Below, piece after piece: positions 39,885 through 50,504 of a stretch of 64,000 bases of DNA. This stretch comes from Candidatus Kapaibacterium sp. (GTDB lineage Bacteria; Patescibacteriota; Patescibacteriia; UBA9934), in the NCBI GenBank assembly GCA_044350705.1, contig JBILHA010000002.1, positions 114,295 through 178,294 of the forward strand. The letters run 5' to 3'. The translations under genes and the position numbers were made by a program. The notes beneath the pieces are model-generated. The model was not told where the DNA came from. It made no database searches and saw only the letters and a list, made by a program, of their open reading frames with translations. Position 1 is the stretch's first letter. Every line of letters begins with the position of its first letter.

Positions 39885-42800
39885 TTATACGTAAAATACG
39901 GCATTCTGCCCGAGAATTCCCTGGAGTTCGTCGAGCAGCACCTGTGAAGGCTTTACTTGATATTCTGTCGCAATCTTTTTCTCTTGATCTCCGGTGTTTA
40001 CTTTTAAATACACCCGCGATTCCCCGGGATATTTCCTCAGAATCTCCCGCACTTTTGCGACGGTTTCACTCGGGGGTTTTGGCGGCATTGCAAGCGTGAT
40101 TTCATACTTCGGCAGGGTAATAAATCCTTTTTCTTCTTGCGTTGGGCGCTTCGTAGGGACAGTCCCCTCCCCCTCGTCTGCCCCCGGCCAATCGCCTGCC
40201 CTCAGGCGCTGTGCGAGCCCCTGTACTTCTTCTTCTGTAAAAAAGACTACGCTGTCTGCAAGCAAAGAACGCTCTTCTTTCTCCTCCTCCCCATCTTCCC
40301 CATTGACGGTTCTCGTACGAATAGAAACTTTGCCCGTTAAAAGCGCGAACACTCCTTCATTCAGGCCAAAACGGATTTTTGCATACGTTTTTGGGAAGAC
40401 CACCGTTTCCGCAGAAGAGCTTGGATCTTCCAAACGAATAAACGCCATTGGCTCGTTCTTCTTCTTGGTAAAAATTTGCTTTACTGCTCCAATAACCCCT
40501 GCCACACGAACGACCGCACCATCTTCACCCGTCAGTGCTTCTTTGAGTGGCGTTATTCCCGCTCCCACAAAGGCCGTATGAAAAATCGTTGCGGGATGGG
40601 AAGAAACATACAATCCCAGCAATTCTTTTTCCCATGCCAACAACGTACTGGTCGAAATACGCTCCGCAGGCAGGAGTTCAAGCTTCTTTTGCGCGATCTC
40701 TCCGCCCAAGTCAAAGAGCGAGGATTGATTTCGTTGCCGCTCTTGTTGTACTTGCTTGTTGAAGTGGACGAGGTTTTCAAGATTGGTGACGAGCTGCGCA
40801 CGGTCACCAAAGCGATCAAGCGCACCACACTTCATAAGCGCCTCAAGCGTCTTTTTATTGAACGCATGAGCGCTTACGCGCCCCAAAAAATCTGCAAGAT
40901 CCAGAAAGGGGCCTTTCATCTTTCTTTCTTTCACGATTTCTTCGGCAATTTCTGCGCCCACGTTTTTGATTGCCATGAGTCCCCAGCGCACATTCTTTGT
41001 TCCCTTCACCACCGCAAAACCTGCAAAGGATTCGTTTACATCCGGCGGAAGGACCGTGAGGCCAATACGCGCACACTCTTCAACTTCAATCGTGATACGG
41101 TCAATATTTCCCGCGTCAGAGTTCATGAGTGCTGCCATGAAACACTCCGGGTAATACGCCTTCAGATATGCGGTCTGGTACGCGATCATTGCGTAACAAG
41201 CCGCATGCGACTTGTTAAAACCGTATGCGGCAAAATCTTCAAGCTTTTGGAAGATCTTTTCTGCAATTTCTTGCCTTACGCCGTTTCTCACTGAGCCATC
41301 GATGAATTTTGTTTTCATCTTTGCCATGAGTTCCGCAATTTTTTTACCCATAGCCTTACGAAGACTATCTGCTTCACCACCCGTAAATCCTGCCATGTCT
41401 TTGGAGACCTGCATCACTTGCTCTTGGTATACCGGAATGCCATACGTTTCTTTAAACGCGTTTTCCATGAGCGGGTGCTCATAGACCACCTGCTCAATGC
41501 CGTGTTTTCTCCGAATAAAGCTCTCGATAAATTGCATTGGTCCTGGTCGGTACAACGACACCATTGCAATGATATCTTCAAATTGTGATGGCTGGAGATC
41601 GCGAATATACCGCTTCATTCCGTCGGATTCGAGCTGAAACACTCCGGTTGTATCTCCACGACCAAGCAATTCAAACGTCGCCTTGTCATCCAAGGGGATC
41701 GTTTTCATGTCGATTTTCACCTTGTGAACTGCCTCAATAATTTCTAAGGTATCTTCGATGATCGTTAAGTTGGATAGACCGAGAAAGTCCATTTTTACGA
41801 GTCCTGCTGCTTCTGCGGAATTTAAAGAATACTGTGTCACCAGGGCGGTGTCCTCGTGCTGCCCAGCCTGGAGTGGGACACGCTCAACAAGCGGCTTGTC
41901 GCCAATCACGAATCCGCATGCATGCTGTGAGGCGTGGCGAGGATTCCCTTCGATCTTCATTGCTAAATCAATCACCCGGCGCGTCATGGGATTATTCTCA
42001 TACATGACTTTTAGATCGGGCGATTCTTCGATTGCTTGCTTGAGCGGTGTATGCCTTCCCTGCACGGGGGGCGGAACGGCTTTTGCGATTTCATCTGCTT
42101 CTTGAAAGCTTAACCCAAGTACACGCGCAGCATCGCGCACTGCTGCGCGCGGCATCATGGTTCCAAAGGTAATAATTCCTGCGACATGATCTGCTCCGTA
42201 CCGCTGCGTAATATACTGAAGTACCTTTCCGCGTCCTCGGTCTGCGAAGTCGGTATCAATATCTGGCATGGAGATACGATCTGGATTGAGAAAACGCTCA
42301 AAAAGAAGACCGTAGCGAAGGGGCTCGATATCCGTAATACGAAGCGCATACGCAATAATGGAGCCTGCTGCTGATCCACGGCCAGGTCCTACGAGCACGC
42401 CATTATCTTTCGCCCATGTAATGTAATCTTGCACGATTAAAAAGTACGATGAGAACCCCATGCGTACAATGGTGTTGAACTCAAAGTCAAAACGCTCCAT
42501 GACCTCCGCAGGAATAGGATCTCCATAGCGCTCTTTCAAGCCCGCGATACACATTTCGTGCAAGACATCGTTGTCGGTCTTTCCCTCAGGGAGCGGATAG
42601 ATAGGAAGAAAGTTTTTTCCAAGCTCTAAAGAAAATGTGAGGCGATCAGCAATCTTCTTGGTGTTTTCGAACGCTTCAGGAATGTCCGCAAACGCTTCCA
42701 TGATTTCTTCAGGCGTCCCAAACGACAAATCTACCTCTTCGGTGCTCGTGCGACGGAAATCTTCCAGCGTACGACTACGTTGGATGCACAGTTGCGCTTC

Positions 42801-43463
42801 ATATCCTTCCCGATCTTCTGGATCCAAATAGAAAACATTCTTTGTCGCAACAAGCGGGACATCCAGTTCTTTTGAAAGACGACGAAACGCATCATTCACA
42901 TCCACTTGCCGAGGCATGTCAGGATGGGCGATTACTTCAAGATAAAAATTTTCTTTTCCAAAAATATCTTGATACTCGGCAATAAGCTCTTTTGCTTTTC
43001 GCTCATCTCCATTGACGATCGCGAGAGGGATCTCTCCTCCTACGCTCCCCGTAAGTGCAATAAGACCCTTGCTATGCGCGCGCAGGAATGCTTTATCAAC
43101 ACGAGGCTTATAGTAGAATCCTTCTAGGAAGCCCGCGGTAAGGATCTTGGAAAGATTTCGATACCCCTCTTCATTCTCAATAAGAAGAAGGAGGCGGTAT
43201 GGCCTGTCATCAACACGAGGGCGCTTATCGGTCATGCCATGCTGCGCAACGTAAATATCGCATCCGAGAAGAGGTTTGATCTCTGCGTCTTTACACGCCT
43301 TGAAGAATTCCACCGCCCCGTACATGTTCCCGTTATCCGTGAGCGCAATTGCACTCATACCTAACTCTTTCGCTCGTTTTACGAGCGCTTTTGGCTTTGG
43401 GAGAGCTTCCAAGAGTGAATAGTGGGAGTGGGTATGCAGGTAAACGAACTCTTTAGGATCCAT
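39885..43463 (-). CDS. dnaE: DNA polymerase III subunit alpha
   Basis: PHP domain (…VYLHTHSHYSLLEALPKP…), polymerase core and OB domain. About 1190 aa. Confidence 0.95.
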   Translation of the reverse strand: MDPKEFVYLHTHSHYSLLEALPKPKALVKRAKELGMSAIALTDNGNMYGAVEFFKACKDAEIKPLLGCDIYVAQHGMTDKRPRVDDRPYRLLLLIENEEGYRNLSKILTAGFLEGFYYKPRVDKAFLRAHSKGLIALTGSVGGEIPLAIVNGDERKAKELIAEYQDIFGKENFYLEVIAHPDMPRQVDVNDAFRRLSKELDVPLVATKNVFYLDPEDREGYEAQLCIQRSRTLEDFRRTSTEEVDLSFGTPEEIMEAFADIPEAFENTKKIADRLTFSLELGKNFLPIYPLPEGKTDNDVLHEMCIAGLKERYGDPIPAEVMERFDFEFNTIVRMGFSSYFLIVQDYITWAKDNGVLVGPGRGSAAGSIIAYALRITDIEPLRYGLLFERFLNPDRISMPDIDTDFADRGRGKVLQYITQRYGADHVAGIITFGTMMPRAAVRDAARVLGLSFQEADEIAKAVPPPVQGRHTPLKQAIEESPDLKVMYENNPMTRRVIDLAMKIEGNPRHASQHACGFVIGDKPLVERVPLQAGQHEDTALVTQYSLNSAEAAGLVKMDFLGLSNLTIIEDTLEIIEAVHKVKIDMKTIPLDDKATFELLGRGDTTGVFQLESDGMKRYIRDLQPSQFEDIIAMVSLYRPGPMQFIESFIRRKHGIEQVVYEHPLMENAFKETYGIPVYQEQVMQVSKDMAGFTGGEADSLRKAMGKKIAELMAKMKTKFIDGSVRNGVRQEIAEKIFQKLEDFAAYGFNKSHAACYAMIAYQTAYLKAYYPECFMAALMNSDAGNIDRITIEVEECARIGLTVLPPDVNESFAGFAVVKGTKNVRWGLMAIKNVGAEIAEEIVKERKMKGPFLDLADFLGRVSAHAFNKKTLEALMKCGALDRFGDRAQLVTNLENLVHFNKQVQQERQRNQSSLFDLGGEIAQKKLELLPAERISTSTLLAWEKELLGLYVSSHPATIFHTAFVGAGITPLKEALTGEDGAVVRVAGVIGAVKQIFTKKKNEPMAFIRLEDPSSSAETVVFPKTYAKIRFGLNEGVFALLTGKVSIRTRTVNGEDGEEEKEERSLLADSVVFFTEEEVQGLAQRLRAGDWPGADEGEGTVPTKRPTQEEKGFITLPKYEITLAMPPKPPSETVAKVREILRKYPGESRVYLKVNTGDQEKKIATEYQVKPSQVLLDELQGILGQNAVFYV

Positions 43464-43483
43464 AGTTTTCTGGTTGTACGGTA

Positions 43484-43523
43484 ACAAAAAAACGCTGTGG
43501 ACGCATCAGGGATACGTCCACAG
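43484..43523 (-). terminator. Terminator after the small membrane gene (minus strand)
   Basis: On the minus strand, CTGTGGACG-N11-CGTCCACAG is followed by CGTTTTTTT. Confidence 0.55.
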
Positions 43524-43539
43524 GTTATACACATCATTT

Positions 43540-43809
43540 TTAGCCCCTATTTTTGTCACGCAGGGCCTCGATCACCTTTTTTATTCCTTCAGCAATACCC
43601 GAAACCATTGCGATATTTCCATCAAATTTTCGACGCATGCTGACAAGAGAATCCTCGAGGCTTATTACTCGTGCGCGCATTTCATCGACCAGCCCATGAA
43701 TACGCTTCATGAGTACCGCCGCCTGATACAGGACAAAGCAGAGAAACAGCGTAAACCAGAGCACGCAAAGCGCCAGAACGATATAGAGGATATCAAGATA
43801 GTCGAGCAT
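43540..43809 (-). CDS. Small membrane protein (DUF948-like)
   Basis: 89 aa with a single N-terminal TM helix and an amphipathic C-terminal helix. Confidence 0.4.
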   Translation of the reverse strand: MLDYLDILYIVLALCVLWFTLFLCFVLYQAAVLMKRIHGLVDEMRARVISLEDSLVSMRRKFDGNIAMVSGIAEGIKKVIEALRDKNRG

Positions 43810-43834
43810 AGATCACCTTTATCATACACTACCC

Positions 43835-46243
43835 CTATCGCACTTCTGCTCCGCAGCGCACTTGAAGAGCTTCAATGCATCCTCGAAGCACGTTTTCAAT
43901 CTCTTCTGACGTGAGTGTTCTGTCAGGAGCACCGAGAGAAAGTGTATAGGTGACACTCTTCTTTCCCGCGGGAATTCCCTCTCCTCGGTAGATATCGTGG
44001 AGGTTAATACCGCGAATAAACTCGCCCTTTTCCATTGCTTTGATCATTTCTTCATGCGTCACTGATTCGGCAACGAGCACCGAAATATCACGTTCTGAGC
44101 CTTGATATTCAGGGACCGGAACATAGCTTCTGCGCTCCTTTGCATTTACGAGCAGGCGCTCCAGATCGAGCGACAGGAACATGACCGGACGTAAAAGACC
44201 AAACGCCTCTTGGCGCGCTGCGCTTGTTTGTCCAAGAAGCCCAATCTGTACCTCTTCATTCCCTAGTCGGGCAAGAACTTTTGCCGTTCTTCCTGGATGC
44301 CATCCTGCTTGCGTTTCCTCTCGTTCAAGACGATAGGTAATGCCCATGCCTCGCATATTTGCCCCAAGCATCGCGCGTACCCGGCGGTACGACTCTTCAC
44401 CATCTGTTACCCCGTATACCCCTGCTACCAGCGCCAAGCGCTCTTCAGGAAGATCATTTTCTCGAGGAATGTAGACACGCGCAATCTCGAATACTTCCCC
44501 CGTAGGCGTATGAGGTGCATTCAATGCGCAATCGCGCAAGAAACTCGGCATGAGCGAGGGGCGCATGTAGCCTAATTCTTCGGAAAGCGGATTCCATACA
44601 CGGACCGTTTCCGCAGGAGAAATTCCCGCCTTTTCCAAATCCCGCGCATCGATAAATGAGTACCCGAAGAATTCCGTAAGCCCCTCGCTCGCAAGAACGC
44701 GTTTCAGACGCATTTCCCATGAGAGTGATGCGTCGTCAGGAGTTGTAGGCGGAGCTCCAACAGGAAGTGTTGCAGGCATCAAGTGATAGCCGTACATGCG
44801 CGCCACCTCTTCGGTAAGATCTACCTCTTCCTCGATGTCATGAGCACGCCAAAATGGAATGAGGGCTGTTACTTTTTTCCCTGCCTTCTCCAGCGCAAAT
44901 CCAAGCCGCGTCAGCAGTTCTTCAATTTTCTCATCAGGAATATCTACACCAATACGTGCGCGGATCTTTTGAGGACGTACAGGAAAACGAAGCATCATTT
45001 CTGGCTTCTCGTAAACATCAGTTACCCCTGCCAACGTTCCTCCAGCAAGCTCTGTTGTTAAGCGCACTGCATACGCAAGCGCTGCAGGAAGCGCCTCTGG
45101 GGAAAGGCCTTTTTCAAAAATCAGCTGAGAGTCAGAATAGAGATTGAGCGCGCGGGATGTTTTGCGCACGGACACTCCATCAAACGTTGCCGTCTCAAAG
45201 ATAATACTCGTTGTCTTTTCGGTTGTTCCGCTTTCCAGGCCTCCCATTACCCCTGCAATGGCCAAGGGTTTCTCTGCATCGGCGATCACCAAATTTGTCG
45301 GCTGGAGATCGTACGTCTTGCCATCTAACGCAACGAGCTTTTCTCCTTTTTTCGCTTTTCGCACGATAATCTCATCTTTTACTTGAGATGCATCAAAGGT
45401 ATGCATTGGCTGACCGAATTCTTGCAGAACGAGGTTCGTAATATCTACGATGATATTAATCGGCCGATGCCCTGAAAGAAGCAGTTTTTTCTGCAGCCAC
45501 CAAGGAGAAGGTCCCACTTTGACTCCATCGATACGAGCTGCCATGTAACGAGAGCAAAGCTTCTTATCTGCAATGCTCACTTTTGGACCTTGTGCAGCGC
45601 CTTCCAAGAATTTCTTTGCCGCATCTGCAAGCCACAGCTCGTGAGGTACAAAGGATGCCTGCACAGAAGCCGCACCTTCTCGTGCAAGACCAAGAATACC
45701 CATGCAGTCAGGGCGATTGGTAGTGATTTCAATATCAAATACCACATCATCCAAATCGAGTGCCTCTGCTAATGGAGTTCCTGCCGGAGATTGCGTGAGC
45801 GCGGTAATGTCCCAAATTTCCTTTTCTCCTGCGGCGATTTTCTCAAATCCAATTTCTGCAGCCGCACAAATCATGCCAATACTCTTCACTCCGCGTATTT
45901 CTGTTTCTTGTAGCTCAATAAGATCGCCCTCTCCATGCCAGCGAACCTTTGCTCCGGGAAGTGCTACCACTACCTTTTGAGAAACTTCTAAATTACTTCC
46001 TCCGCACACAATATCTACCACTCTTTCACCTACATCAGTTTTTGCAATACGAAGCTTATTCGCGTTGGGATGTGCAACGATTTCTTTAATTTCTCCTACA
46101 ACAATATGTGCAAAGCGATCCCGAAGGACGTCGATGTGCTCGACAGACATCGAACGAAGACTGAGCTCTTGTGCAAAGACCTCTGGAGATACTTCTGCTT
46201 TACAGTATTCCTTAATCCACGAATAGGAAGCTAAAATATTCAT
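43835..46243 (-). CDS. pheT: Phenylalanine--tRNA ligase beta subunit
   Basis: N-terminal tRNA-binding domain, B3/B4, B5 and C-terminal FDX-ACB domains. 802 aa. Confidence 0.9.
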   Translation of the reverse strand: MNILASYSWIKEYCKAEVSPEVFAQELSLRSMSVEHIDVLRDRFAHIVVGEIKEIVAHPNANKLRIAKTDVGERVVDIVCGGSNLEVSQKVVVALPGAKVRWHGEGDLIELQETEIRGVKSIGMICAAAEIGFEKIAAGEKEIWDITALTQSPAGTPLAEALDLDDVVFDIEITTNRPDCMGILGLAREGAASVQASFVPHELWLADAAKKFLEGAAQGPKVSIADKKLCSRYMAARIDGVKVGPSPWWLQKKLLLSGHRPINIIVDITNLVLQEFGQPMHTFDASQVKDEIIVRKAKKGEKLVALDGKTYDLQPTNLVIADAEKPLAIAGVMGGLESGTTEKTTSIIFETATFDGVSVRKTSRALNLYSDSQLIFEKGLSPEALPAALAYAVRLTTELAGGTLAGVTDVYEKPEMMLRFPVRPQKIRARIGVDIPDEKIEELLTRLGFALEKAGKKVTALIPFWRAHDIEEEVDLTEEVARMYGYHLMPATLPVGAPPTTPDDASLSWEMRLKRVLASEGLTEFFGYSFIDARDLEKAGISPAETVRVWNPLSEELGYMRPSLMPSFLRDCALNAPHTPTGEVFEIARVYIPRENDLPEERLALVAGVYGVTDGEESYRRVRAMLGANMRGMGITYRLEREETQAGWHPGRTAKVLARLGNEEVQIGLLGQTSAARQEAFGLLRPVMFLSLDLERLLVNAKERRSYVPVPEYQGSERDISVLVAESVTHEEMIKAMEKGEFIRGINLHDIYRGEGIPAGKKSVTYTLSLGAPDRTLTSEEIENVLRGCIEALQVRCGAEVR

Positions 46244-46253
46244 ACATCAACTC

Positions 46254-47333
46254 TTAGAACTGCTTGAGGAAACGAAGATCGTTTCTATATAACACCCGGA
46301 TATCATCCAAATTCACGCCGCTCTTCATCATGAGCGTGCGCTCCAAGCCCCAACCAAATGCAAATCCGTTGTATTTCTTCGGATCAAGGCCTCCTGCTTT
46401 GAGTACATTTGGATGCACCATACCCGCGCCCCCGAGTTCAAGCCATCCTGCTTTGCAGAGTTTGCACTTTGCTCCGGCCTTCGTTTTTCCCGTTCCCTTG
46501 CACACGATGCATGAAATATCGAGCTCAAAGCTTGGCTCAGTGAAACGAAAATGAAACGGGCGGAGGCGTGTTTTTGTTTCTGGACCAAAGAATCGCTTCA
46601 CGAAAAAGTCGAATACTCCTCGCAATTCAGCGATCGTTACTTTCTCATCAATCATCAGCCCTTCGAATTGATGGAACATAGGGAGGTGACGCGCACTCAC
46701 CTGACGGCGATAGCACTTCCCAATGGAAATCATGCGAATGGGCATGTTTCCCTTGAGCATTTCACGGACCTGTCCATTGCTCGTGTGGGGCGTGAGCACT
46801 ACCTTTCCTTGGGTACCGGTAAAAATCTTTCCCCTTCCGTCGTCCACAAAAAAGGTCTCCCACTCGTCCCGCGCAGGGTGCTCCTTTGGCATGTTGAGAG
46901 ACTCGAACGCGAAATAATCCCAATCTATTTCTGGGTGACGAGCGCGAGCAAAACCAAGCTTGGAAAAGATAGCGCAGATTTCTTCAATTGCTTGTGAGGT
47001 AAGGTGAAGATGTCCTGCGTTGCGCCCCGCAGGAGGAAGGGTGATATCAATACGCTCTTTCTCTCCTGCTTCTGCAGCTTCTTTTGCCTGCAGCCTCGCA
47101 ACTGCCGCCTGCCACGCTCCTTCAAGGGCCATTTTTACCTCATTTGCTTTTGGACCAGCGGCACGCTTTTCCTCCTGAGAAAGCGAAGGGAGCACCTGCA
47201 TACATTCTGCAAGCTTTCCTTTGCGACCTAGGTAAGAAATACGGAGAGATTCAACGGTTTCCGGGTCCTGAGCTTCCTGAAAAGCGGATACTCCTGACTG
47301 AATAAGTGCTTCGAGATCTTGAAGAAGTTGCAT
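46254..47333 (-). CDS. pheS: Phenylalanine--tRNA ligase alpha subunit
   Basis: Class II core (…FRFTEPSFELD…GGAGMVHPNVL…GFAFGWGLERTLM…) with a Firmicute-type CxxC…CxxC insertion. Confidence 0.9.
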   Translation of the reverse strand: MQLLQDLEALIQSGVSAFQEAQDPETVESLRISYLGRKGKLAECMQVLPSLSQEEKRAAGPKANEVKMALEGAWQAAVARLQAKEAAEAGEKERIDITLPPAGRNAGHLHLTSQAIEEICAIFSKLGFARARHPEIDWDYFAFESLNMPKEHPARDEWETFFVDDGRGKIFTGTQGKVVLTPHTSNGQVREMLKGNMPIRMISIGKCYRRQVSARHLPMFHQFEGLMIDEKVTIAELRGVFDFFVKRFFGPETKTRLRPFHFRFTEPSFELDISCIVCKGTGKTKAGAKCKLCKAGWLELGGAGMVHPNVLKAGGLDPKKYNGFAFGWGLERTLMMKSGVNLDDIRVLYRNDLRFLKQF

Positions 47334-47334
47334 A

Positions 47335-48438
47335 TTAGCTTCCTAGGCGGACGATATCTTGATACGTAACGAATAGCACAAGAAGGAGCAAAAGCGCAAA
47401 ACCTATTCCATGCACACTCTGCTCAAAGCGAGCAGTAAGAGGCTTTCTCCGCACTGCTTCTATGAAGAGGAAGAGGATGCGCCCTCCATCGAGCGCAGGG
47501 AATGGCAAGATGTTCAATACTGCGAGGTTTACAGAAAGCATAGCCGCGAATTGCACCATGTGAATTGCGCCCAAATCAAGCACCTGTCCGGTAAGTGAGG
47601 CGATTCCTACAGGTCCCGAAAGCTGAGCGATCACCTCCTCTTGAGAGAAAATACCCGTTAACAATCCCCAAAATCCTCCTACTACTGCAACCGTCATGCC
47701 CGCAGTCGTTTGAGCCCCTACGAGGGGGGCCTGGTACCAGGGATACCGTACGATTCCCGTCTCTACCAAAGCAATTCCCACCCCTTCCTTCTCCAGTTCC
47801 TCAATATAGGCCGGGTTCACTTCAGCAGTTACTTCTTCTCCTGCACGCTCAAGGGTAAATACCAAGGGAGATCCGTCCTCGTTTGGCGCGAGCGCTTCTC
47901 GCGCTGCTTCTCCTGAGGTGAATTCCTCTCCATCAATCGCTACCACTTCATCTCCCGGAAGCATGCCTGCTGCTTCCGCGGGAGACTCCTTCAGCACTTC
48001 AACAATGCTTATCGTTCTCTCTGAAATCAGCGACTCATCCACGGGAGACCCCTCCAGGAGGGAAGGCAGTCCAATAGCAAAGCCGAGGGAGAAAAGCGCC
48101 CATGCAGCGACCATATTCATGACGACCCCTCCTACGAGCACGCCAAAACGCCAAGGGATGCTTTTCGTTGCAAACGCCCCTGGAGAAAATCGCTCTTTCT
48201 CATCACCTCCCTCTCCCTTGATACGTACAAATCCTCCGAGAGGAATGGCGTTTATTGACCACAACGTGCCGCGCTTATCTTTTTTTCCTATTAACTTCGG
48301 AGGAAAACCGATGCCAAATTCCTCTACCGTCATCCCTGCCCAACGTGCCATAAAATAATGGCCCGCTTCATGCACAAGAACGAGGATGGAAAGAATAAGG
48401 ATAAACACGAGAATGGTAAGCATAGAAATAATCGTCAT
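47335..48438 (-). CDS. rseP: Site-2 protease RseP/YaeL family
   Basis: HEAGH zinc motif in TM1, a PDZ domain and a C-terminal LDG motif. Confidence 0.85.
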   Translation of the reverse strand: MTIISMLTILVFILILSILVLVHEAGHYFMARWAGMTVEEFGIGFPPKLIGKKDKRGTLWSINAIPLGGFVRIKGEGGDEKERFSPGAFATKSIPWRFGVLVGGVVMNMVAAWALFSLGFAIGLPSLLEGSPVDESLISERTISIVEVLKESPAEAAGMLPGDEVVAIDGEEFTSGEAAREALAPNEDGSPLVFTLERAGEEVTAEVNPAYIEELEKEGVGIALVETGIVRYPWYQAPLVGAQTTAGMTVAVVGGFWGLLTGIFSQEEVIAQLSGPVGIASLTGQVLDLGAIHMVQFAAMLSVNLAVLNILPFPALDGGRILFLFIEAVRRKPLTARFEQSVHGIGFALLLLLVLFVTYQDIVRLGS

Positions 48439-48531
48439 GCCGGACGCGATCCGGCATCCAAGGTTTTAAGATTCTGGATTCCAGTCCTCGCTGGAATGAC
48501 GGTGACTCATCTATTGTATCTGAATTCGTTC

Positions 48532-49758
48532 CTAACTTAAAACTGCTGCTTTAAACTGATCACCACGATCTTTGTAGTTTTGGAACATTCCGAAACTTGC
48601 ACACGCAGGTGAGAGTACCACCACCCCTCCTTTTTCCGCAGCACCTCTTGCCTGCTCTACCGCTTCACGCATGGTAGTCGCTCCTTCATAGATCACCGCC
48701 TTTGCTTCGGCCTTGTGAAGCGCTTCTTTTATTTTTTCTGCGGTTTGCCCAAGAAGCACAATGGATTTCACCTGCGATGCGCTTGCAATCTTTTTTCCGA
48801 GTTCGGTAAAGTCTGCGCCTTTATCACTTCCTCCCAACATGAGCACCATGGGCTCTTTGAAGGCATCAATTGCCGCCATCGCGGTGTCAGGCGTGGTGGA
48901 AATAGAATCATCGTAGAAGGTAACTCCTTCTCTCCTTCCTACTTCTTCTAGACGATGTTCGAGGCCTTTAAATGCTTTTGCTACCTGAATGATTATTTCT
49001 TCTGACACCCCTACCGCTCGAGCCGCCTCCGCTGCAGCAGCAAAATTCTCCCTATTGTGATCTCCACGTAAACGTCCTTCATGGTTCCAATCTGATCGTC
49101 GTACAGCAATCTTCTTTCCTTCACCCAACGTTCCAATCCGCACACTCTGCGGGTACTGATCATTATAAATAGAAATGTCATCCGGTCCTTGAAAACGGGC
49201 AATGGCCGACTTCGCGAGCACATATTCCTCGAGATCTTGATGCCAGTCGAGGTGATCTGAGGTTACCATGAGCGTTACGGCAATATGCGGAGAAGCGTGG
49301 AGATCTACGAGTTGGAAGCTCGACATCTCAAGCACCACCCAAGAATCAGCTGAGATCTTTTCAAAATCCTCAAAAATTCCTTTCCCAATATTCCCCCCCA
49401 AAAAGACATCTTTTCCTGCTGCTTTCAAGATTTGATAGATGAGACTACTCGTCGTCCCCTTCCCCTTTGTACCCGTCACGCCAATGATGTTTTTTGTTGG
49501 GGTTTCATCAAAGAATATTTTCATCTTTGACGTAACAACGGTCCCCGCTTTTTCTGCAGAAACGATTTCATCACGGTATCGATACACCCCTGGTGAGCGG
49601 ACGAGAACATCAAACGAGGAAAGATTTTTAAAGGCGTTGGGATCTTCTTTTTCATTGAGAATAGTGAGCTCTGCGCCTTGTGCACGGAGCCATCCTTCCA
49701 CATCTTGCACATCAATGCCGTACCCTAGTAGGGCTACTTTTTTTCCGTTCCAGTTCAT
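48532..49758 (-). CDS. murD: UDP-N-acetylmuramoyl-L-alanine--D-glutamate ligase
   Basis: Mur ligase ATP-binding motif GVTGTKGKGTT and the MurD N-terminal Rossmann domain. Confidence 0.85.
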   Translation of the reverse strand: MNWNGKKVALLGYGIDVQDVEGWLRAQGAELTILNEKEDPNAFKNLSSFDVLVRSPGVYRYRDEIVSAEKAGTVVTSKMKIFFDETPTKNIIGVTGTKGKGTTSSLIYQILKAAGKDVFLGGNIGKGIFEDFEKISADSWVVLEMSSFQLVDLHASPHIAVTLMVTSDHLDWHQDLEEYVLAKSAIARFQGPDDISIYNDQYPQSVRIGTLGEGKKIAVRRSDWNHEGRLRGDHNRENFAAAAEAARAVGVSEEIIIQVAKAFKGLEHRLEEVGRREGVTFYDDSISTTPDTAMAAIDAFKEPMVLMLGGSDKGADFTELGKKIASASQVKSIVLLGQTAEKIKEALHKAEAKAVIYEGATTMREAVEQARGAAEKGGVVVLSPACASFGMFQNYKDRGDQFKAAVLS

Positions 49759-50501
49759 ACAATGGCTCGCTCAATGATTACTTTTTTTCCTAAAATCATG
49801 CTTCCCAGTTCTTGGTAGCGAGAAGTGAGATCGGTGATAAAAAACTGGTCCGCTTTCTTTCCTGCGCTCACCTGTAACTCCTTGACTACCGCTTCCCCAC
49901 AATGGATGAGCGTTACTTTTGGCCCTACAATCTTTTGTATGACCTCCGCGAGCAACGGATAGTGTGTGCAGCCGAGAATGAGCGTATCTATTTCCTTCTC
50001 TTTTACAAATCCAAGATACCGTTCTGCGAGCAGTTCAATAATCTTCCCTTCAAACTCTCCTTCCTCAACAAAAGGTACAAAAAGTGGACATGCTTGCTCG
50101 GTTACCTCGTATCCTTCCAGATGGGTCTTGTACGCATGGGATCCGATAGTCGCACGAGTTCCGATCACGCCAATTTTCTTGTTTCGCGTTGCCTGTTTTG
50201 CTTCTGCGACCGCAGGAAGAATCATTTCATATACCGGAATATGTACACGCTTTTTGATTTCATCAGCCGCAAGCGCTGAAACGGTATTACAGGCGATGAC
50301 GATTGCATCCACTTCACATTGCTCTAAAAAACGAACGCTCTCAAGGGCAAATTGCGTGATGACTTCTTTTCCTCGGGGACCATAGGGCACCCGCGCAGTA
50401 TCTCCCAAATAGACAATGGAGCAGTCAGGAAATTGCTTTTTAATTTCTTTTACTACGGTAAGTCCGCCAAGGCCAGAATCGAAAACACCAAGAGTAGACA
50501 T
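49755..50501 (-). CDS. murI: Glutamate racemase
   Basis: …GVFDSGLGGLTV… and …VIACNT… with a second Cys box (…LGCTHYPLL…). Confidence 0.9.
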   Translation of the reverse strand: MSTLGVFDSGLGGLTVVKEIKKQFPDCSIVYLGDTARVPYGPRGKEVITQFALESVRFLEQCEVDAIVIACNTVSALAADEIKKRVHIPVYEMILPAVAEAKQATRNKKIGVIGTRATIGSHAYKTHLEGYEVTEQACPLFVPFVEEGEFEGKIIELLAERYLGFVKEKEIDTLILGCTHYPLLAEVIQKIVGPKVTLIHCGEAVVKELQVSAGKKADQFFITDLTSRYQELGSMILGKKVIIERAIV

Positions 50502-50504
50502 ACC

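Noticed and set aside
40476-41294. 272-aa + strand ORF and other ORFs inside dnaE
   Set aside because: They are antisense to dnaE. The Cys/His-rich composition comes from the reverse complement of conserved codons.
46254-47333. CxxC…CxxC insertion in PheS (CIVCKGTGKTKAGAKCKLC) as a novelty
   Set aside because: A Zn-knuckle at this position is common in Firmicute-type PheS, for example Bacillus.
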